Assembly: GCA_039798785.1 (NCBI GenBank)
Contig: JBDKFG010000070.1
Span: forward strand, 10,338-74,337
Source of the DNA: Verrucomicrobiota bacterium
GTDB lineage: Bacteria; Verrucomicrobiota; Lentisphaeria; Lentisphaerales; Lentisphaeraceae
Direction of reading: 5' to 3'
Length of the DNA stretch: 64,000 bases
In this document: piece after piece, positions 53,014 through 62,600 of the stretch
Layout: every line of letters begins with the position of its first letter
Numbering within the stretch: position 1 is the first letter of the stretch
The notes under the pieces: generated by a model
The model's input: the letters and a program-made list of their open reading frames with translations, nothing else
Told to the model about the DNA's origin: nothing
Database searches by the model: none
Translations under genes and position numbers: made by a program

Positions 53014-53925
53014 ATGTCTTCGATTTCCCTGCAACCCGGCGATAGCGTCGCCTTCATCGGCATCGGCGTCATGGGGCGCTCGATGGCTGGTCATTTGATC
53101 AAAGCCGGTTTCAAGGTCCGCATCCACACTCGCACCGCCAGCAAAGCTGCGGACTTGCTGGCCCAAGGCGCGATCTGGTGCGAATCGGCGACTGAGGCGG
53201 TCCGCGGCGTCAAGGCTGTCATCACCATGCTCGGCTATCCCGACGAAGTCCGAGCCGTCCTGCTCGGCCAGGCTGGCTTGATTGCCACTTGTGCCGCGCC
53301 CTGTCTGATCATCGACATGAGCACCTCCGAACCCAGCCTCGCGATCGAGATTGCGGCGGACGCAAAAGCCCGCGGCCTCAGCGCCCTCGACGCACCGGTT
53401 TCCGGCGGCGATCTCGGCGCCCGAAACGCCGCCTTGTCGATCATGGTCGGTGGCGAAGCCGAAGCCTTCGACGCCGCCCGTCCGCTTTTCGCCGCGATGG
53501 GAAAAACCATCGTCCATCAAGGTCCAGCCGGCGCCGGCCAACACACCAAGATGTCGAACCAGATCGCCATAGCCGGCAATATGCTCGGTGTGATGGAGGC
53601 CCTCCTCTACGCCCGCCGTTGCGGCCTCGATCCGGAGCAAGTTCTGGCCAGCATCGGCAGTGGCGCCGCAGGATCCTGGTCCTTGAGCAATCTCTATCCC
53701 CGCGTCCTCCGGAACGACTTCGCTCCCGGCTTCTACATCAAGCACTTCGTCAAAGACATGGGCATCGCCTTGAGCGAAGCCGAGTCGCGCAATCTCCGAC
53801 TTCCCGGCCTTGAACTCGCCCACAGCCTCTACTCCGACTACATGAAAGCCGGCGGCGGCGACGAAGGCACCCAGGCGCTGTACAAAGCCCTCGACCGGAT
53901 CAATCAACAGCGCGTCACCATCTAA
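53014..53925 (+). CDS. 3-hydroxyisobutyrate/tartronate semialdehyde dehydrogenase family oxidoreductase
   Basis: 'FIGIGVMG', 'DMSTS', 'DAPVSGGD', 'GQHTKMSNQ', 'FVKDM'. Confidence 0.93.
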   Translation: MSSISLQPGDSVAFIGIGVMGRSMAGHLIKAGFKVRIHTRTASKAADLLAQGAIWCESATEAVRGVKAVITMLGYPDEVRAVLLGQAGLIATCAAPCLIIDMSTSEPSLAIEIAADAKARGLSALDAPVSGGDLGARNAALSIMVGGEAEAFDAARPLFAAMGKTIVHQGPAGAGQHTKMSNQIAIAGNMLGVMEALLYARRCGLDPEQVLASIGSGAAGSWSLSNLYPRVLRNDFAPGFYIKHFVKDMGIALSEAESRNLRLPGLELAHSLYSDYMKAGGGDEGTQALYKALDRINQQRVTI

Positions 53926-53946
53926 CCTCGTTACCCAAGGCTCTCC

Positions 53947-54570
53947 ATGAAACACCTCATCCTTCTCGCTTTGCTGCTCGCCGCCGGCTGCACCACCACC
54001 GTCATCTCGGCGCCGCAACACCTGATGCCGGCCAATGCCCTGGGCCGCTTCGAACCTTGCGACTTCACCGGCACCCCCACCGAGGCGGAAGTCAAGGACG
54101 GCGTCCTCACCCTGCCGATGGGTCAGCCCCTCAGTGCCGTCGCCTGGAAAGGCGAGCCGCCCTATCGCGACATGTACCGACTCAGCTACGAAGCCCGCCG
54201 CCTCGAAGGGCTCGACTTCTTCGCCGCCTGCACTTTCCCGGTCGGTCAGGACTCCCTCACCCTCGTTCTCGGTGGCTGGTCCGGCGCAGTCAGCGGTTTG
54301 TCCAACATCGACGACCAGGACGCCGCTCACAACAGCACCACCCGCAACGATACCTTGTTCGACAATGGCCGCTGGTACCAGGTCGACATCGAAGTCCGCC
54401 ACGGCGTCGTCGAAGTCTTCCTCAACGGCAAGAGCTTCATGAAAGCCGACACCAATGGCAAAAAAGTCGACACCCGTCCCGAAGTCGAACGGACCAAGCC
54501 CCTCGGCTTCTGTTCCTTCGAGTCGAAAAGCGAAATACGAAAGATGCTGATCCAGAAGCTGCACGAGTGA
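53947..54570 (+). CDS. DUF1080-like (beta-jelly-roll) lipoprotein
   Basis: Lipobox 'LAAGC', 'EARRLEGLDFF...TFPV', 'LGGWSG.V.GLSNID', 'WY'. Confidence 0.75.
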   Translation: MKHLILLALLLAAGCTTTVISAPQHLMPANALGRFEPCDFTGTPTEAEVKDGVLTLPMGQPLSAVAWKGEPPYRDMYRLSYEARRLEGLDFFAACTFPVGQDSLTLVLGGWSGAVSGLSNIDDQDAAHNSTTRNDTLFDNGRWYQVDIEVRHGVVEVFLNGKSFMKADTNGKKVDTRPEVERTKPLGFCSFESKSEIRKMLIQKLHE

Positions 54571-55454
54571 TGAAAATCCTCCTCACCGGCGCCACCGGCC
54601 TGCTTGGCCGCGCCGTCTTCCGCGAACTCAAGTCTCATGAAGTCCTGGGCCTGAGCTGGAGCCGGACCGCCCCCGGGCTCCGCCGCTGTGATCTCACCGA
54701 CGCGGCGGCCTTGAACTCGGTGCTGGAGGAATTCCGGCCCGATTTCATCATCCACTCCGCCGCCGAGCGCCGTCCCGATGTCTGCGAGAAGAATCCCGTC
54801 GCCAGCGCCGCCCTCAACCTTGGCTCGACCCGCCAAGTCGCGGCCTGGGCGGCGAAAAACTCGTCGCGCCTGCTCTTCATCTCGACCGACTATGTTTTCG
54901 ATGGCAGCACCCCGCCCTATGCGGAAGATGCAAAACCCAATCCCCTCAACGCTTATGGACTGGGCAAGCTCGAGGGGGAAAAGATCTGCCTGGCCAGCTC
55001 GGATCGAGCCTTGGTCCTGCGAGTTCCCGTCCTCTACGGCGAAGTCGAATATTGGGGCGAAAGCTCGGTCCTGGATGTCGTTCCACGTCTTCAGGCTGGA
55101 GAAACCCTGAAACTCGACGACTGGGCCACCCGCTTCCCCACCTACACCGGCGATGTCGCCTTTGCCCTTTCCGCACTTGCGCAGCGCCTCGCCATCGACC
55201 AAGGCGTCTCCGGCGGCATCTATCATTTCTCTGGTTTCGAAGCTCTGAGCAAATATGCGATGACCACAGTGATCCAGTCGGCATGGGGCTTCCGCTCCGA
55301 ACTGATCCCGGTTTCGAGCCCTCCTGAGTCAGCTGCCCCGCGGCCGCGCAATGCCCAGCTAGCTTGCGATCGACTCGACCGACTCCTACCCGGATTGCCA
55401 CGCCGCCCTTTCTCTCAGATCCTGACTGCTCTAAAACCTGAAATGAATATATAA
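54570..55454 (+). CDS. dTDP-4-dehydrorhamnose reductase / MAT2B-like SDR
   Basis: 'TGATGLLG', 'HSAAERRPD', 'ISTDYVFDG', 'YGLGKLEGE', 'RFPT', 'PRP'. Confidence 0.9.
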   Translation: MKILLTGATGLLGRAVFRELKSHEVLGLSWSRTAPGLRRCDLTDAAALNSVLEEFRPDFIIHSAAERRPDVCEKNPVASAALNLGSTRQVAAWAAKNSSRLLFISTDYVFDGSTPPYAEDAKPNPLNAYGLGKLEGEKICLASSDRALVLRVPVLYGEVEYWGESSVLDVVPRLQAGETLKLDDWATRFPTYTGDVAFALSALAQRLAIDQGVSGGIYHFSGFEALSKYAMTTVIQSAWGFRSELIPVSSPPESAAPRPRNAQLACDRLDRLLPGLPRRPFSQILTALKPEMNI

Positions 55455-55566
55455 CCTACATTTAATAAACAACTTGCAATCAAGAGTCCGTTTTCCCCTC
55501 TAAACTTTTGCTTAATGCAGCGTCAGCTCCCGGAATCCATCCGGGAACGGACGAGGACTGCAAAGC

Positions 55567-56247
55567 ATGTTAGCGACGGGATTGATCTTGGGACTGGCAG
55601 GAAGTCTGCACTGCATCGGCATGTGCGGTCCCTTGAACCTTGCCTTGCCTCTGCCGCAAAATCAGCGTCGCGCTTATCATCTCTCGCTTTTCCTGCTTCA
55701 GCTGGGGCGGATCCTTGGCTACAGCCTACTCGGCGCCACCGCAGGCAGCCTGGGCTTCCTCTTAAACGATCTGATTCTGCAGCAATCCCTGTCTCTTGGC
55801 CTGGGCTTGCTGCTGTTCATCTTCCTAGCCTTCACATACTGCGGCAAGCAGATCCCTTCCCCCGTCTGGCTGCGCCGGGCCTGGGGCGCCTTGATGCGTC
55901 GCGAAGCCTGGTTCCTGGTCGGACTGCTGAACGCCCTGCTGCCCTGCGGGCTGAGCTTCGCGGCTCTCACGGCCGCAGCCTCCGAATCCAGCCCGCTCCG
56001 TGGCGCCGCATATATGGCGATCTTCGGCCTCGCCACCGTCCCGGCGCTTCTGGCAAGCGCCGCGATGCGGCAGAAACTGCTTTCCTGGCCCAAGCTTCGT
56101 CACCTGGCTCCATCCCTCTCCGTCGCCCTCATCGCCTCACTGCTTCTCCTCCGCGGCCTCGGCCTCGGCATTCCCTGGATCAGCCCCTCGCTCAGCCACG
56201 ATTCCGGCAAAGTCAAAATCAGCTGTTGCCACAAGGACTCGCCATGA
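55567..56247 (+). CDS. TauE/SafE-DsbD_2 family membrane protein (CcdA/UreH-like)
   Basis: 'GSLHCIGMCGP', 'GRILGYSLLG', 'LNALLPCGL', 'MAIFGLATVPAL', 'LLRGL'; C-terminal 'CCH'. Confidence 0.88.
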   Translation: MLATGLILGLAGSLHCIGMCGPLNLALPLPQNQRRAYHLSLFLLQLGRILGYSLLGATAGSLGFLLNDLILQQSLSLGLGLLLFIFLAFTYCGKQIPSPVWLRRAWGALMRREAWFLVGLLNALLPCGLSFAALTAAASESSPLRGAAYMAIFGLATVPALLASAAMRQKLLSWPKLRHLAPSLSVALIASLLLLRGLGLGIPWISPSLSHDSGKVKISCCHKDSP

Positions 56248-57776
56248 GCCGCAAAACACTTAGATTGTCTCCGCAAACGGAGACCCCGATGATCTTCCCT
56301 TCCGACCTGAGCCCCTCTCAACGCCTGCATGAACTCGAAGCCCTCAGTGCCGCCCTCGACGAGACCTCGATCGTCGCCGTCACCGACCCGCAAGGCAACA
56401 TCATTCACGCCAACCGTCGCTTTTGCGAGATCTCGGGCTATTCACTTGGAGAGCTGCTCGGCAAGAACCACCGCATCCTCAACTCCGGCACCCACCCGAA
56501 GTCGTTTTTCGCCGGCGTCTGGAAACAGATCTCTTCCGGCAGGATCTGGAAAGGCGACATCTGCAACCGAGCCAAGGACGGCAGCATCTATTGGGTCGAC
56601 ACCACCATCGTCCCGATCACCGGCACCGACGGCCGGATCGACCGCTACATTTCGATCCGCCATGTGATCACCGAACGCATGCAATTGATGGCCGCCCTCA
56701 ACGCCTCCGAGGCGCGTCTCAACGCCATCCTCGACGCGTCCGCCGACGGCGTCGTCGTTCTCGACTCGCGCTCACTCGTCCGCCGCATCAACGCCTCTGC
56801 CGCCGCAATGCTCGGCTGCTGCCCGGCGACCGCCCTCAACCGGGACGCCCGCGACTGGCTGCCCGGCTGGGAGCCCGGAATCGGCACCCGCGAAATCCTT
56901 GGCCGCAACGAAGCAGGACTTGATCTGCCGCTGTTCATCAACGAACGCAGCCTCGTTCACGGCGGCGAAAGCCTCACACTCCTCTTCCTGCGCAACCTGT
57001 CGGAGCAAAAGGAAACCGAGCGCACCCTCGACCAGATGCGCCACCAGCTCGACCTCCAGACCCTCTTCAACCAGCGGCTCTCCGCCCTCGCCGCGATGGC
57101 CGGCGGCATCGCCCACGAGCTCAACCAGCCACTCTCGGGCATCCGCGTCTACGCCGACATGGTGGCCAACAGCATCGACAACAAGCAGACCCTTGAGCCC
57201 TTGTCCACCGGCCTCACTATGAGCAAGATCATCCGTCTCGTCGATCGCGCCGCCTCGATCATCGAGCATATGCGCCAGTTCGCCTCGGAGAAATCTCCCG
57301 GCGACCTCCGCCCCGAACGCCTGCCCCTGCGCCAAGCCGTCGACTCCTCTCTCGAACTCGTCGGCCAGCAGCTGCGCAACCGCGGCATAAGCTTCCGCAA
57401 CGAGATCGACCCCGCCCATCTCGTCCTCGGCAACCAACACCGCCTCGAACAGGTCTTCATCAATCTCTTCACCAACTCGCGCGACGCCATCTGCGACAAG
57501 CCGGTGCCGCCCCCCGGTGGCCATTTCATCCGCCTCCGCTCCCACCTGTCGCCGCAAGGGCTGGAAGTGATTGTCGACGATTCCGGCCCCGGGGTCCCGG
57601 AATCGGTCCGTGACAAGCTCTTCGACCCCTTCGTCTCAAGCAAGGCGCCCGGCGCCGGCACCGGCCTAGGTCTGCCCATCTGCCACGGCATCCTGAAGGA
57701 TTGCGGCGCCAGCATCCGATTGCACCGCAGCAGCCCCGAAGGCACGAGCTTCCTCCTCAACTTCCCGCGCTGCTGA
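56244..57776 (+). CDS. Cytoplasmic two-PAS histidine kinase
   Basis: NifL/Aer-type PAS ('ANRRFCEISGYS..EL.GKNHRILNSG.H...W..I..G.IWKGDICNRAKDGSIYWV'), H-box 'IAHELNQPL', 'NLFTNSRDA', 'DSGPG', 'GTGLGL'. ATGA overlap with the upstream gene. Confidence 0.93.
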   Translation: MSRKTLRLSPQTETPMIFPSDLSPSQRLHELEALSAALDETSIVAVTDPQGNIIHANRRFCEISGYSLGELLGKNHRILNSGTHPKSFFAGVWKQISSGRIWKGDICNRAKDGSIYWVDTTIVPITGTDGRIDRYISIRHVITERMQLMAALNASEARLNAILDASADGVVVLDSRSLVRRINASAAAMLGCCPATALNRDARDWLPGWEPGIGTREILGRNEAGLDLPLFINERSLVHGGESLTLLFLRNLSEQKETERTLDQMRHQLDLQTLFNQRLSALAAMAGGIAHELNQPLSGIRVYADMVANSIDNKQTLEPLSTGLTMSKIIRLVDRAASIIEHMRQFASEKSPGDLRPERLPLRQAVDSSLELVGQQLRNRGISFRNEIDPAHLVLGNQHRLEQVFINLFTNSRDAICDKPVPPPGGHFIRLRSHLSPQGLEVIVDDSGPGVPESVRDKLFDPFVSSKAPGAGTGLGLPICHGILKDCGASIRLHRSSPEGTSFLLNFPRC

Positions 57777-57790
57777 AATCGAGAACCAGA

Positions 57791-57920
57791 TTGAAAGGTT
57801 GAAAGGTTGAAAGGCAAACTCATGAACAACAAGAACCACCGAAGAATAAGCCGAACAGAGACACTGAGCTCCAGTGCAACCTCTTCTGCAGCTAAACCTT
57901 TCAACCTTTCAACCTTTCAA
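57791..57920. repeat. Perfect 24-bp inverted repeat (TTGAAAGG)x3 ... (CCTTTCAA)x3 with 82-bp spacer
   Basis: 57791-57814 and 57897-57920, between the kinase and the response regulator. Confidence 0.93.
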
Positions 57921-57934
57921 CTGAGGACCTTTTT

Positions 57935-59401
57935 ATGATTGATCCGATCTTGACCAAATTCGACGTACTGGTGGTGGATGACGACGAGGCCGTCCGAGAC
58001 TCCCTCTCCTCCTTCCTCGGTTCCGTCGGCATCCAAGTGCGCACCGCCTCCACCCCGGAAGAGGCCCTCGGCATCGCCCGCAACGAAGGTGTGCAAGTAG
58101 TGATTTCAGATGTCCGCATGCCCGGCATGGACGGCATCACCTTGCTGGGCAAGCTGCACGAGATCAGCCAGGACACCGAAGTCCTGATCGTCACCGGCCA
58201 CTCCAACGAGCAGCTCGCCATCGACGCGCTTCGCGCCGGCGCTTTCGACTACTTCCGCAAGCCGCTCAACGCCCGCGAGATCGTGGAATCGCTGCGCAAG
58301 ACTCGCCAGTTCCAGCTGCTGCGCGCCGAGAACCGCAATCTCAAAGCCCTGATCGAAAGAACCCAGGAGGCCGCCGGCGCCCCGGTCTTCGGCGCCGCCC
58401 CGGCTTCGCAGGAGCTCCTTGCCCGCCTGCAACGCGCCGCCGCAGCCACCGAAACCACAGTACTCCTCTGCGGCGAGACCGGCACCGGCAAGGAGGTGGC
58501 TGCACGCTTCCTGCACCAGAACTCCCGCCCTGCCGACGCTCCCTTCGTCGCCGTCAACTGCGGCGCCTTTCCCGAGCAACTGCTCGAATCCGAACTCTTC
58601 GGCCACGAAAAAGGCTCCTTCACCGGCGCCGAGAAGCAGAAACCCGGCATCTTCGAGATGGCCCAGGGCGGCACCGTCTTCCTCGACGAAGTCTCGGAAA
58701 TGAGCCTCGGCGCCCAATCGCGCTTCCTCCGCGTCCTCGAAGAACGCAAGTTCCGTCGCGTCGGCGGCACCCGCGAAGTCGAGCTCAACGGCGTCCGTGT
58801 CATCGCCGCCACCAACCGCGACCTGAAAATCCTTGTCGAAGAGAAGAAATTCCGGGAAGATCTGTATTGGCGCCTTTCGGTCGCCCGGATCGAGCTGCCG
58901 CCCTTGCGCGAGCGTCGCCAAGACATCGCTCCTCTTGCCCGCCGCTTTCTCGACGAACTCAGCAGCCGTTTCCGCCGCAAGCTCAGCCTGTCCAAGCCGG
59001 CTGAACGAGCACTCGCCGCTTACGCCTTTCCCGGCAACATCCGCGAACTCCGCAACCTCCTCGAGCACGCCGCCGTCTTCGCCGCGGGCAACGACATCGC
59101 CCCCCGCGACCTCGGCATCCCGCCGGCGCCGGGCGATACACCCGACCTGCCGGAAGCTCCTCTCGCCCCCCTCCCCTTGGCGGCTCCTGCTGCGCTCGCC
59201 ACGGCTGGCTCGACCAAAAGCCCCGCTCCTGCCCTCGGCGACAATCTCGACCTCGACCAGATGGAGCTCAACCTGGTCAAGGAAGCGATGCGCCGCCATC
59301 CCGGCAACCACACCCGAGCCGCCAAAGCCCTCGGCATCACTCCGCAGGCCCTCTACCGCAAACTCGAGAAGTTCGGCATCAAAAAATCGGGTTCGACCTG
59401 A
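57935..59401 (+). CDS. NtrC-family sigma54-dependent response regulator
   Basis: Receiver 'VVDDD', 'SDVRMPGMDG', 'KP'; AAA 'GETGTGKE', 'ESELFGHEKGSFTGA', 'FLDEV', 'FREDLYWRL'; Fis-type HTH. Confidence 0.96.
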   Translation: MIDPILTKFDVLVVDDDEAVRDSLSSFLGSVGIQVRTASTPEEALGIARNEGVQVVISDVRMPGMDGITLLGKLHEISQDTEVLIVTGHSNEQLAIDALRAGAFDYFRKPLNAREIVESLRKTRQFQLLRAENRNLKALIERTQEAAGAPVFGAAPASQELLARLQRAAAATETTVLLCGETGTGKEVAARFLHQNSRPADAPFVAVNCGAFPEQLLESELFGHEKGSFTGAEKQKPGIFEMAQGGTVFLDEVSEMSLGAQSRFLRVLEERKFRRVGGTREVELNGVRVIAATNRDLKILVEEKKFREDLYWRLSVARIELPPLRERRQDIAPLARRFLDELSSRFRRKLSLSKPAERALAAYAFPGNIRELRNLLEHAAVFAAGNDIAPRDLGIPPAPGDTPDLPEAPLAPLPLAAPAALATAGSTKSPAPALGDNLDLDQMELNLVKEAMRRHPGNHTRAAKALGITPQALYRKLEKFGIKKSGST

Positions 59402-59631
59402 ACGACTGCATTCAAGCCTAGCGTCCGGCCCCTCGGCTCCCCTTCGGCAGATTTTCCAAAAATCTTTTCGACTTACCCTATCTCCTTGAAGTCTTAGGAG
59501 ATGAGTCCTTCTGGAGTGACGACAAGGCAACGGCTTTTCATCGTGACAGCTTGCCTTAGCAGCCTTTTTGGGGCATCTTTGCCGACCTGCACCTGTTCCT
59601 GCCGAACGGGTCACACCCTAATTTCCTGGAG

Positions 59632-62600
59632 ATGTCGATGGCTAGAGCGGAACAGAACACAGTGGCTTCGATGGAATTCATCGAGCGCTCAGCGATCGCG
59701 GAGACCACTGCCATGGTCTTCGGCGACAAGCTTCGCCCCTTGGAGGATGTTCCGCACTTCGAGAAGGCCGGCATCACCGTCCGCGGCGGCACCGCCAGCG
59801 GCCGGGTGTGGGACGACAAGAGCTTCATCCCCATCACTATCAACACCATGTGCATCGACTGCCTGCACTGCGTCGTCGCCTGCCCGCACTCCGCCATCGG
59901 CCATGAAGTCGGCGATCGCGGCGTCGGCGCCCTCGAATCGGCCTTCGTCAAGCTCACCGCCAAGATCCCCGGCTGGCCGGTCGACACCTCCGCCCTCGAA
60001 AAGGACGTCCGCAAAGGCGTCACCAACTACACTCACTGCAAAGGCTGCTTCGTCTGCGCCACCGCCTGCCCGACCGGGGCGATCCGCTTCGTCCCCCAGG
60101 ATCAAGTCCTGGAAGCCTTCGACGGCCGCAAGATCGACCCCAGTGAAGCCGCCAGCATCTACCGTGCTCCGGAAGCTGGTCGCGCGGCACAAGCTGAATG
60201 GCTGGTCGCCAAGGCGAAAGAACTCGATGGCCTCGGCCGCAACCAGGAAAAGATCAGCCAGGAGCAGGTCACCAACGGCTCGGACATGCTCGGCGAATTC
60301 ATCTTCCAGGCCCGCTTCGACCACGTCAGCATCTTCCCGATCACCCCGAACTCCAAGGTGATGAGCTTCGTCGAGTCCCGCGTCCGCAAGCCCCGCCCCG
60401 GCGACCACACCGTCAACTACCGATCCACCCTCTCCGAAGAAGCCGGCTACGCCTACCTCACCGGCGCCGGCGTCCGCGGCGAACGCGCCCTCCTCGCCCA
60501 GGGCTCGCAGTCGCTCGCCCAGATCTACGAGTTCCTCAACATCAACCCCGGCCTGCACATCCCGGTCTTCCTCCTCGAGCTCACCCGCGCCCTCAACCCG
60601 GGCACCTCGATCAAGCCCGACCACACCACCACCATGCGCACCAGCGACACCGGCGAAATCGTCGTCTTCGGCCGCTCCCTGCAGCAGAACTACGACCGCG
60701 CCCTCGTCCTCCTCAAAACCATGGAAAGCGACGGCGTCTGGATCCCCGGCCGCCTCGTCGTCAAAGGCTTCGTCGAAACCCACACTCTCGCCACCGAACG
60801 ACAGAACAAGGTGACCCTGCTCAGCCAGGAAAAGGCTGACGCCTTCCTCGGACGCCCGAAAAACCCCTACGTCTTCGACGGCCAGGCCAAAACCGTCGGC
60901 GTCCTCGATTTCGACGGCCGCTACATGGAGCAGCGCGTCGCCGGCGACCGCTCGCTCAACAACGCCCACAAGGCCTGGGATGCCGCCGCCAGGTCCTTCG
61001 CCGAAATTTCCGGCCGCGCCGCGCCCGCCAAGGTGCAGCGCTACCCCTCCAGCGGCGACATCGATCTCGCCATCGTCGCCCTCGACGACCCCGAGCTGCA
61101 ATCGGCCGAACTGGTCGCCGACGAGCTGCGCAAACAAGGCATCAAGGCCGGCGTCGTCTCGATCTGCCTCTACCGCCCCTTCCCCGCCAACGAACTCAAC
61201 GCCGCCCTCGAAGGCGTCAAGGCCGTCACCGTCCTCGAATTCGACAACTGGGGCGGCCGCTCGGGCGGAGGCGTCCTCGCCCAGGAAGTCCGAGGCGCCC
61301 TCTATCAAGGCGGCTGCCGCGCCCCGGTCACCGCGTGCACCGCCGGTCTCGGCGGACGGGCCATCTCGATCTCCTATTTCGTCGCCATGTATCGCGTCCT
61401 CGCCGACCTCGCCGCCGGACCGCAATCGCCCGCGGCGCAGTGGCTGGCGACCCAGAGCTCCGGCTCTGCCTACATCCTCGGGGCCCGCGGCGTCGCCGCC
61501 CCTCCAAGCGGCCAGACCTTCGACATCCCGATGCTCGAAGCCGGCGTCCGCTACGTCACCATCGTCGGCCGCGGCGGCCAAGGACTGATGCTTTTGAACA
61601 GCGTCCTCGTCGGCCTGCTCGCCCGCGACGGCCGCTGCGCCAACTCGATGGCCGCCTACGGCGCCCTGCAGCGCGGCGGCGGCATCAGCCTCTCCCTCAA
61701 GGTTGCCGACAAGCCGGTGCGCGACGCTTCGGACATCATCATTGCCGACACCATCGTCTCCTTCAACGCCGACCGCAGTCTCGACGCCATGCTGCCGCAG
61801 CTGATCCAGGGCGGCACCCTGATCGTCGACTGCGACCTCGCCCAGGAAGCCCGCCTGCGCGAAATCCGTCCCGACGCCCGCATCGTCGCCCTTCCTGCCC
61901 GCGCCTTGGCCCGCACCCTGGTCGGCAACCCCGAACGGATCAACCTGGTCTTCCTCGGCGCCCTCGTCGGCGAGCTCGGCATCTCTTCCCCCGCCCGCCT
62001 TCTCAGCCTGATCGAGTCGCTCAAATCGGACCCCGAAGCCGGCAAGGCCGCCGCCCTCCTCCTGCGTCCCGAAAACCGCCTCTGCCTGCTCGCCGGCCAG
62101 GCTGCCCTCGATGCGCCGCAACAACCGGTGCAGGCGATCACCCAGAGCGCCACCGAAAGCGCCCGCCGCAAATTCGTCGAAGAGCTGCTCCCCGAAGCGG
62201 AGCTCAAGGCCCTCGACGCCGGTGAACCCGCACTCGCATCCCTGCGCTCGAAACGCGGTTTCCTGAAGAAGCTCTACGGCAAGTTCTTCAATGTCCATCC
62301 CTTGATCAGCAAGGTGCGCGCCGTCTACGCCTCGATGGGCAGCAAATCGCCCCTCACCGCCGGCGACATGGCCTGCCCCGGCTGCGGCCAGGCCAACATC
62401 TTCCGCAACATCTTCAACCGTCTCGACCACCTGCACCGCGGCAAGGGCCGCATGCTGGTCTCCGAGCAGGACGGCTGCGGCACCGTCTTCACCTCGATGA
62501 ACCAGGCCTCGACCTGGAACATCGACTTCATCCGCGTCGCCTTCGAAACCGCCCACGGCGTCGCCGCCGGCCTGTCCCGATCCGCCGTCAAAGACTCCGG

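Noticed and set aside
54057..56243. Extended N-termini of the SDR (54057) and PAS kinase (55515) ORFs
   Set aside because: They overlap real upstream genes in other frames. The true starts are at the stop/start overlaps 54570 and 56244.
59400..59632. Sigma54 -24/-12 promoter before the oxidoreductase
   Set aside because: The best candidate has TC instead of the invariant GC at -12, so it is not supportable as a feature.
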